Shown in pieces: positions 1 to 8,300 of a stretch of 24,145 nt of DNA (the stretch's first letter is position 1; each line of letters begins with the position of its first letter). The DNA is taken from positions 1 to 24,145 of IMG/VR virus record IMGVR_UViG_3300020468_000072. One strand, written 5' to 3'. A model generated the notes under the pieces. It searched no databases. It was not told where the DNA came from and worked only from the letters and a program-made list of their open reading frames with translations. The translations under genes were made by a program, and so were the position numbers. This DNA is from a virus (taxonomy: Duplodnaviria > Caudoviricetes).

Positions 1-2264
1 GGGTCAGCACCATTATTAGCCCTTAAAAACTTTCCATTATTGCTAGATGTACCATGTTCTAATTTTGCTAAAGATATAGAATCATCTGCTAATTTAGAAC
101 CTGCTATAGCTGCACTTGCGTTTATATCAGCGTTAACAATAGCTCCATCAACTATTTTTGCACTTGTTACTGTATTGTCGCTTGGAGTACCGATACTTAC
201 TGATGCACCAATAGTAACGATAAAGAAATCAGCACCACTAGCAGGGGCAGAACTAAATACAATGTTTGCACCATCAAGAGCAAATCCTTCACTAGGCTGT
301 CCTGTACCAGTATTTGGTTTTTGGATAACACCATTAATGCTAACCAACATTTGCTGGGCAAACTGACCTGCATTACTTAAAGTGAATTTATACGCAGCAC
401 CATTAAATGTTGCACTATTACCACCAGTACCACTAAAGTTACCGATAGTATTTATAAAGAAATTACCAATAGATTGCGTTTCTTCCCATGCACTACTTAC
501 TGAGTTATAAACAAGAAGTTTTCCGCTTGCTTGGTTATAAAATAAATCACCACCATCTAGACTTGATGATGGATTATTACCACTATTATCTGTTCTATAT
601 CTTGCAGCAAAAGAGTTTACACCACTAAGGTTAGATGCAACGGTGTTAACATTAGCAATGCTGCCACCTACGTTATTTACGTTTGTTATTGACCCTGCAA
701 CTAAATTAACATTTGCTGAGTTACCTGCTACCGAAGTTACATTGCTGCTAATCCCTGCAACTGTATTTACGTTTGCAATATTATTTCCAACATTATCAAC
801 ATTAGTAATAGCATTTGCAACTGTATCTATTTCAGATGTTGTTTCGTTTAAGTCATTCGCTGCTGTTTCAATTTCAGAAACTGTTTCATTTAAATCGTTG
901 GCAACCGTTTGTATTTTTGCAATGTCTGTTGCAATTGCATTTACATTACTGATATTAGAAGCAACCGTATTTACGTTACTGGCATTGCTTGCTACCGCAT
1001 TAATATTTGATGCCGTACTGGCTACGGTATTTATATTAGTTGCGTTGCTATTTACGGCATTTATATTAGTCGCATTATTAGCTACAGCATTTACTCCTGA
1101 TATACTTCCGGCTACTGTATTTACATTACTAATTGACCCTGCAACTGTATTAGTGTTTGCAAGATCTGATCCAACAATTGTTACCTCTAGCCATGTTGTA
1201 TTACCAAGGTCATAAACCCTCATCCTATTTACTGTTGTATTAAAATATAACGCTCCATCTATAAGTGCATTGCCGTCATTATCTAACGTAGGGTTAGATC
1301 CTTTAGCACCTAGATATCTATCATCAAAAGAATCTAATGCAGCTTCTGCTGCTGCTTGTGCAGTTTCTGCTGCGGTCTTAGCTGTTGTAGCTTCAGATGC
1401 TTTTGTAGATGCGGTTGATGCGGAACTAGCTGCTGCACTCTGTGAACTAGCTGCTGCGGTTTGACTTGATGCTGCTGCCGTTTGTGATGATGCTGCTGCT
1501 GTTGCAGAACTGGCTGCTGCCGTAGCTGATGATGCTGCGTTAGTTGATGATGTTGTTGCAGTTGCTGCGTCAACAATTAAATCCCATTTTGCAGAGTCAG
1601 TATTAGTAGTTAATGGCTGTGATCCTGATGATGTATGACCAGAATTACACATAAAAATATTATTTGTGCTTGTATCTTTTACAAGATCTCTTACAAAATA
1701 TGCACGACTAGCAGCCCAATTTCCTCTGTATGTACCTAATTCACTAAGTATAGAAAATTCACCTGCATTATCAAATGCCATAACTTTGTTGGCACGAGCA
1801 GTAGCATTTTCTGTAATTTCTAAACTACCAATAGTATTAGTTAATGAAAATTTTATAGACCTATCTAATTCATCTTGTTGTTGTTGATGCAAGATAACTG
1901 ATTTATCTAGTGCATCATTAATAACTTCTGGATAAAATCCACCTTGGTTTGTTAAGTCAGTACCTTGTAATGGTTCTAACGCAGATGTAACAACAAGTTG
2001 AAAACCAGAAGGTAAATTAAAATTACTATTGCTTTGCCTTAAAGTTACGCTACCACCGGGATTTCCATTTTGGTCTGGGTTTAAACTAACTGTATAATCA
2101 TTAGTTGCACCAAGAGTTAATAATGTTTCTACACTAGTACTTACTTCTAATTTTTTTACGACAATATCTGCATCAGTAAAAACTTTAAAAGCAAAAGGAT
2201 ATGTAGCAGTATTGCCATTACCTACTAAGTTATTCGTCTTTCGTGTAGTCGAATTTATCGTCAT
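1..2264 (-). CDS. Tail fibre protein, partial (C-terminus beyond left edge; at least 754 aa); not in the ORF track
   Basis: ATG at 2264; my translation stays open to the window edge: MTINSTTRKTNNLVGNGNTATYPFAFKVF...TDLTNQGGFYPEVINDALDK (podovirus fibre N-terminal anchor), Ala/Ser heptad repeats, DRYLGAK...GALYFNT, NVNTVA repeats, VSINGVIQKP. The plus-strand ORFs in 40-1887 are its antisense shadows. Confidence 0.9.
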   Translation of the reverse strand, partial: MTINSTTRKTNNLVGNGNTATYPFAFKVFTDADIVVKKLEVSTSVETLLTLGATNDYTVSLNPDQNGNPGGSVTLRQSNSNFNLPSGFQLVVTSALEPLQGTDLTNQGGFYPEVINDALDKSVILHQQQQDELDRSIKFSLTNTIGSLEITENATARANKVMAFDNAGEFSILSELGTYRGNWAASRAYFVRDLVKDTSTNNIFMCNSGHTSSGSQPLTTNTDSAKWDLIVDAATATTSSTNAASSATAAASSATAAASSQTAAASSQTAAASSQSAAASSASTASTKASEATTAKTAAETAQAAAEAALDSFDDRYLGAKGSNPTLDNDGNALIDGALYFNTTVNRMRVYDLGNTTWLEVTIVGSDLANTNTVAGSISNVNTVAGSISGVNAVANNATNINAVNSNATNINTVASTASNINAVASNASNVNTVASNISNVNAIATDIAKIQTVANDLNETVSEIETAANDLNETTSEIDTVANAITNVDNVGNNIANVNTVAGISSNVTSVAGNSANVNLVAGSITNVNNVGGSIANVNTVASNLSGVNSFAARYRTDNSGNNPSSSLDGGDLFYNQASGKLLVYNSVSSAWEETQSIGNFFINTIGNFSGTGGNSATFNGAAYKFTLSNAGQFAQQMLVSINGVIQKPNTGTGQPSEGFALDGANIVFSSAPASGADFFIVTIGASVSIGTPSDNTVTSAKIVDGAIVNADINASAAIAGSKLADDSISLAKLEHGTSSNNGKFLRANNGAD
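620..1160 (-). repeat. Coding repeats of the fibre shaft: ~10-aa (N)VNTVAxxIx units and a 14-aa tandem TxANDLNETxSEIx
   Basis: Translation: NTVAGSISNVNTVAGSISGVNAVANNATNINAV... and TVANDLNETVSEIE/TAANDLNETTSEID at ~820-907. Confidence 0.8.
1400..1570 (-). repeat. 21-bp/7-aa Ala-Ser repeats (AAASSAT/AAASSQT) in the tail fibre
   Basis: TNAASSATAAASSATAAASSQTAAASSQTAAASSQSAAASSAST in the minus-strand frame. Confidence 0.85.
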
Positions 2265-2291
2265 TAACTAGACTTATTCACTATCTTATTT

Positions 2292-2325
2292 AGGTTACAA
2301 CTGATTCTTTGTATTACGGTCACAC
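2292..2325 (-). promoter_or_regulatory. Putative phage late promoter, copy 1 (tail fibre)
   Basis: GTGTGACCGTAA (2325-2314), 16 bp, TAACCT (2297-2292); intergenic, just after the stop of the 2805-aa gene. Confidence 0.75.
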
Positions 2326-2327
2326 CT

Positions 2328-5300
2328 TTAATTTCTGCCTTCGCCTTTTTGTCCAGTAACTATAGCTCTTATTAAATCAAGTGGCCCTCTCGGTGTCCAT
2401 TTACCATTTTTAAGATCTACTAATAAACCAATAGGTTTAGCTGCAAAATATGTAGGAAATTTTGTTAATAAAGATAAAGCAGTTAATCCGCTTCTTACAT
2501 CGTAACCACTAACTTCTTTTTCTCCTTTTATAACACCGGGAAGATTCCAAATAAATCTAGTTGTACCTTGTACTGTTGTATTAATAAGACTTATAGATGG
2601 ACTTAACGTAATACGGTCATTGTATCTTTTGCTATCTATTTGATTTAATGGAGCCATAAATAACGTGCTTCCTAAAGGTACAAAAGCAGTACCATATCTT
2701 GCTATTGACATAAAACCAAATTCAAATAATTCATCAACAAAACCGTCTTCGTCATCATCTACTAATCCACCACCGGCTGCTTCTTGTATTGCTTCAGATA
2801 CAAGTGCAGGTAAAGCTAAACCAAATAAAAACGTAAACAACATTTGACCGCTAAATTTTTTAGAAGTAAATCCTATTTCTTTTATTAAAGCTTTATATTG
2901 TGTAGAATTTAAATTTGCTTGAGCATTAAAATAACTTGTAAATTGAAACATTGCTTTAAAAAATGGTTCAGCAATTTGATAACTTGCTACGTCTTCTGGC
3001 AATAAACTATCTTGTGTCATACGAACAGCACCATCAGCTTGTTGTATTGCTTCTTGTTGTATTTGTGCTTCTGTCATAGTTGTAGGTGCGTTAGCAGAAA
3101 CTTGATTGTATTTAGCTATCCATACAACGCTGTCTACATAATTTTGAAAAAATTGTTGGACAACATATCCATTTTTTCTTGCCCATGCTTGTAATTTTTC
3201 AAATCTTTGTGGATTTAAAATTAAATCATTCATTTGATCTTGCACATCAAACATTTGATTAACTTGCCGATCACGCATAAATGGTGACATTTGTGCTACT
3301 TCATTAGCCATTTGATGAGGTTCTCTTGTATATCTTCTAAATGCATCATTTAAATATTTATGTTCTATTTCTAATCGTGCAGGGATTAATCCTGTTATTT
3401 GTTGCATACCATTTTTAATACTTAAAAACATATAATTTAAACTTGTTGACCTTGTAATTGCACTAATAGCTTGATTTACAAAATGATCTTCTCCAAGTGT
3501 AGTTCTTTGTGATGCTGCATTTCTTAGCCAAGGTATTAACATTTTGTCAATTGCAGTAGGATCAACACGACCTAATGCACTAGAGAATTCTTTGTCTTTA
3601 AACAATCTAACTAAATCTGTTACAGCAGGTTGTATATACGCAAATCGCAAAGAGTTATCCATATGTTGTGCTTGCACTCCAAGATTAAAACTTAATGCTT
3701 TCATAGACCTAGTTCTAGGCTTAGTAAAACCTCTCGGTACAGCAGGTACTGCGTATCTCATTTCTTCTCTTACATTGTCTAAAGTTTGTTGTAGTCCTAA
3801 TTCTTTTCTGTTTATATTTTTGTCTAATGCAGCAGGTACATAACCACCTCTAAATGTTCCAAATTTATTAACTATAGGAGTTGCACCTATTTCTTTGAAA
3901 TAATATCCAAATACTTCTTTATGCGCTTGTTGTGTAAGCGGTAGCATTTCTTGATTTAAATCCCATACAGATTGTAAAAATTCAAAATCTTTTAACGTAA
4001 GATATCCTTCATTTATCATGCGGTCTACAAATGTATCCCATTTTCTTGTATCTAAAGAACCGTCATCTCTAAATTCACCCCATCCTCTACCTACTATTAA
4101 TTTTTCTAAATTACTTTTGTTGCCTGTATGTAACATAGCTCCAAGTAATTCAGCTTTGCCCATACCTCTTTCACGACCAAATGTATAAGATATGCCTTTG
4201 TTATTAACTAACTCAGGAGCTTTTATTAAACCTTTTCTAAAATCAACTTGTTCTAATAATTTAACGTAACGTCCTGTCCATTTTGGTCTTTCAGAACGCC
4301 ATTTATTAATAGGATCTTTTAATACACGCCAAATATATTTTGTAAATGAACCTGCTACTTCACCTTTTTTTGATACTAATACACCGCCACCTAAAGCACC
4401 ACCACCTCTTATAATCCTTGGACTACCTTCTCCATCTTTGCTTTTGCACCAAGATTCTACACGCCTTAGTCCAGATTTAATTCCTTCTAATTTCATAATT
4501 TGTCTTTCCCAAAAATTTGTTTCACCTGCTTCTCCAAAATCTTCTGAAGCACTTTGATCCATATTTTGTAGTTTTGGTATTAGATCATCTTTAATTACTT
4601 GTTTTTCTATTAATTTACCTTCAACTCGCATTTGTTTAGTGCGTCTTGATTGATACCACAATGATTGTATTATTTCGTCTAAAGTATCAAAATCTTGTGA
4701 AGTTAAATCTTTTATCTCACGACCCGGTAATTCTTTTGCACTTGTAATAACTAAATCTATTTCGTTAAAAGTATCTTTATCGTATTTTTCTAATTTACTT
4801 ACATATGATTCATCGCTTTCTATTTCTGGCCCTTCGCCAAAAAACGTCAATATTTCTTTAGCTGCGTTTACATAATTACTTTCTCTACTGTCAGTTTTTT
4901 CGTTGTACTTAAATATATCTTTTATTCTCTTATTAAATTTATCACGATGTTTTTGTACCTCTACAGCTTCACGAGCTAATTGACTATTTAATAATTCAGA
5001 TCTTTTAGCTTCTATAGCACCTCGCACATCACCAGTTCTCATTGCTTTTTCTAAAGCTTTTCTAGCTCTTTTTTCATTTTGTGCAAACACTGTTGGACGT
5101 ATATCACGCAATTTCATAGATGCCAAAATATCTCTAGCTACTAATCTTGCAGCAACAACTTGTTGACGTACAGGTTGCATTGTTTTATTTAAAAATTTTA
5201 ATTCAATTGCTAAAAATTTTGCTCTTGCTTCGTTATGTAATGCTTCTTGTAATTGCAATTCTTGTTGTCTAGGATCAGTTAAACCGCTATATTCATTTAA

Positions 5301-8300
5301 CATACGATCTTCTACTCTTTGTTTTATAACGTCTTTTATTGGTTCTAAATTTACTAAACCATTAATCATATCTAGTCCAGTTTCAAAACCAAACATTTCT
5401 GCAACCATATCAACAGGTAATCCATTTTTACCTACCATTCCATATTGACCTGTACCTAATTTTTTTATTTCTGATGCCATGTCATAAAATGGCACTAAAT
5501 TTTTTAAATCTTTTATATCTATTTTGTTACTTTCTAATGATTCAAATTGAGTTCCATCTTTGTCATTCCATAAACCACGTTTTAAAAAATTTTGTAATTT
5601 ATATAGACGTTCATTTTCAACATCTTTAGTTATTTCTTCTGTAACTTTCTTCCGAATTTTTTCAATTTGTTTTTGTTGTTGTTTTTCTAATTTAAATATT
5701 TTATTTTTTATCCAAGGTATTTGTCTCATACTTGCTTTAGTAAGACTTTCTATTGCTAAATCTTCATATTCTTTAATTGCATCTGTATATTGTTTCCATG
5801 TTGCATCATCCATTCCACTTTCTTGTTGAGTTGCAAACATAGGCTTCATGCCATATATTTGTTCTGCTTGTGTAATTGCTTCCTGACTAGCTAACATACG
5901 ATCCATTACACTTCTTACTTCGTCAGTTAATACAGGTAAATCAGTACCATTTTCTTCTCTATATAAATCATTTAATTCACCGCTAATTGAGTTGTATATT
6001 CGTGTTAAATATTTAGTAAATTCTCTAAATATATTTTGCAATTCAATACTAGGTGCTGCTTTTTGTTCTGTTATATATATCTCGTAGTTGTACGCAAATG
6101 CTTCATGGTATTTTCTTTTTTGTTTTAATGTAAGTTTGCTCCATGTATCAACATCTTTAACACCCCAAAAATTTAATAACACATTAAAATCATTTTGCAT
6201 TTCAGTTGTTGCTTGTCCAGACAACACTAAATCTTCATGCACAGTTAACATGAAATGTGCTGTTTCATGCAAAAACGTAGACATATCACTTTCTTTACTT
6301 AAAAAAGCTGTTAAAGTTTTTGGATCAAAACCACCTCTTGCATTACCGGGTATTTGTTGTTGTGATAATATTTTGCTTTCTTTTTCTAAATCTATTACAT
6401 CTACTCGAATAGACCCTCTAGGTTTTCCAACTGAGAGTCTGAAATCTTTTCGTCCGTTTGGGAATTCATCATCGAGCTTAAGTCGAGAAGGGTTGACTCT
6501 GAGTCCAACTGAGGTATCACCATAGCCAGTATCTGGGATAGTTCTGGTGGTAACGTAGACATCAGGTTCTCCAGCACTTCTAAGTTCACTGGACTTTCTG
6601 ATGTTGTCTGCTGCTCGTTTGTTGGTGTGGTGGTAAACGGTAACTGTTCCGTCTGTGTTAAGGGGGAGTCCTGTTGATTCGTCAATTCTTCCTTGTTGTT
6701 GGAAAGTATTAACCTCTCGTATTCCTCCTGTTCCTCCTTCTCCAGATTCACTTCTTCTTGTGCGCTCAATGGCCTGACGTTTGAGTTCATTGTCTACCTC
6801 CTGTAATGTGGTTTGGATGTCGGCATCTGATACGCCTTGCTGCCTAGCTAAAGATTCAGCAGCATTTGCATAGTCAGGTGCTTCGTTGTCTTCGTACCCT
6901 GAGTTTGTTTCTTGTGAATCAAGTTTAGCAGCGTCATACAAGCGTCTTTCTGGATACCAAAGCAATGCTTGTAGATCTGCCATTGTAAGATCTTTTTGCG
7001 TTTGTTGCAACTCTGTCAACACTTGACTAAATACTTTTCTTATATTTCTTCTTTCTGGCGCACCTTTTGGTGCTTCTTTTTGACCATCTAAATATTTTGC
7101 TAATGCATTACCGCCTTTTCTTATTTCTCCACCAATACTTATATGTGGATATCTTTTTTGTGGTGTACCTAATAAATCAAGCAAAAATTGTTTTCTTTCT
7201 ACCTTATCTTTAACTGTAGCTATCTCATTCATTTTTTTTCTATTGGCTTTTTTTGTACTTGCTTTTTGTATTGCAACGCCTACTTCATCTATATTTGACA
7301 ACTTAACTTTTACTCCAATAATTTCTGATAATAATTTTTTTTCTTTTAAAGACAATGCCTTAACTAATTCTTTTAATTGCCCACGTTTTACTTTAGCCTG
7401 TTTTGAATAATCTATAACTAGTTCACCTCTCATTCTTCCCCAAGTACGCATTAACCATCTATCCATAGTTAATTGTTCATAGTTTCCATATAAATTTGCA
7501 AAAAATCCATTACCAATTTTTGGCCCCATTACTGCTGCGCCATATACAATTTCACCTTGAGTTTCGCCAGATACTTCGTCATTTGTATATGCTTCTACTT
7601 CTTTAACTGTGTGAGTTGTCTTCATAAAATTTTCAAAGCTTTCAAATCCTTTTTCTTCAATTAATCTGTTAAACAATTTAAAGTTACGGTTAATTGCATC
7701 AGCAGCATCACCAATACCAATTTTTGTAGGAAACTTACCGTTAACTATGTAATAGCTGTATGCTTCTTCTGCAAGTTGAAAGTTTTTATCTACTTTTATA
7801 CCGTTAGATGTATTAGCTAATGCCCAAGTAAAAGCAAAATTTGCTTCTGGTTCAGTAGCTAGTTCTGGATGTATAAGTGCAAGTAAAGCTTTTGCTTTAG
7901 AAACTTTTTCGTTGTACCAACCAACTGCGTTTGAGTTTTCTATTAACGCAAATTTAGCATCTGCTAGTACTGTTTTAACAAGATACTTTTCTACTTCTGC
8001 GGTAAATTCTTTAACATCTACACCTGCTTTTTTAGCAGCGTCTACTACAAGTTTTTGTATTGCAATTTTAAAATCACGATTAGTTTTATAACTTTTACCT
8101 TTAGCAAAATTAAATGCAGCTTCTAAATTAGCTACATCAAAAATTGTGTCAGGAATTGGTTTGCCTTGTTCTTGTGGTTGTGTCCTTTGTGCAAAAATTT
8201 CTTCATTAATTAAATCTTGTTGTTTTATAATATCTGCTACGTCTGTTGCCCAAGTATTGCTTTCAGTTAATGATCTTATTTGATTATTATCAAAAACAAC

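Noticed and set aside
1334-1576. Minus-strand Q/H-rich 80-aa alternative-frame ORF
   Set aside because: Arises from reading GCA/TCA/ACA repeat codons in the +1 frame; non-ATG start and no SD, unlike 6401-6790.
40-1887. Plus-strand ORFs 40-366, 643-1215, 1270-1464 and 1666-1887
   Set aside because: Antisense shadows of the repetitive minus-strand tail fibre; hydrophobic low-complexity translations with no supporting signals.
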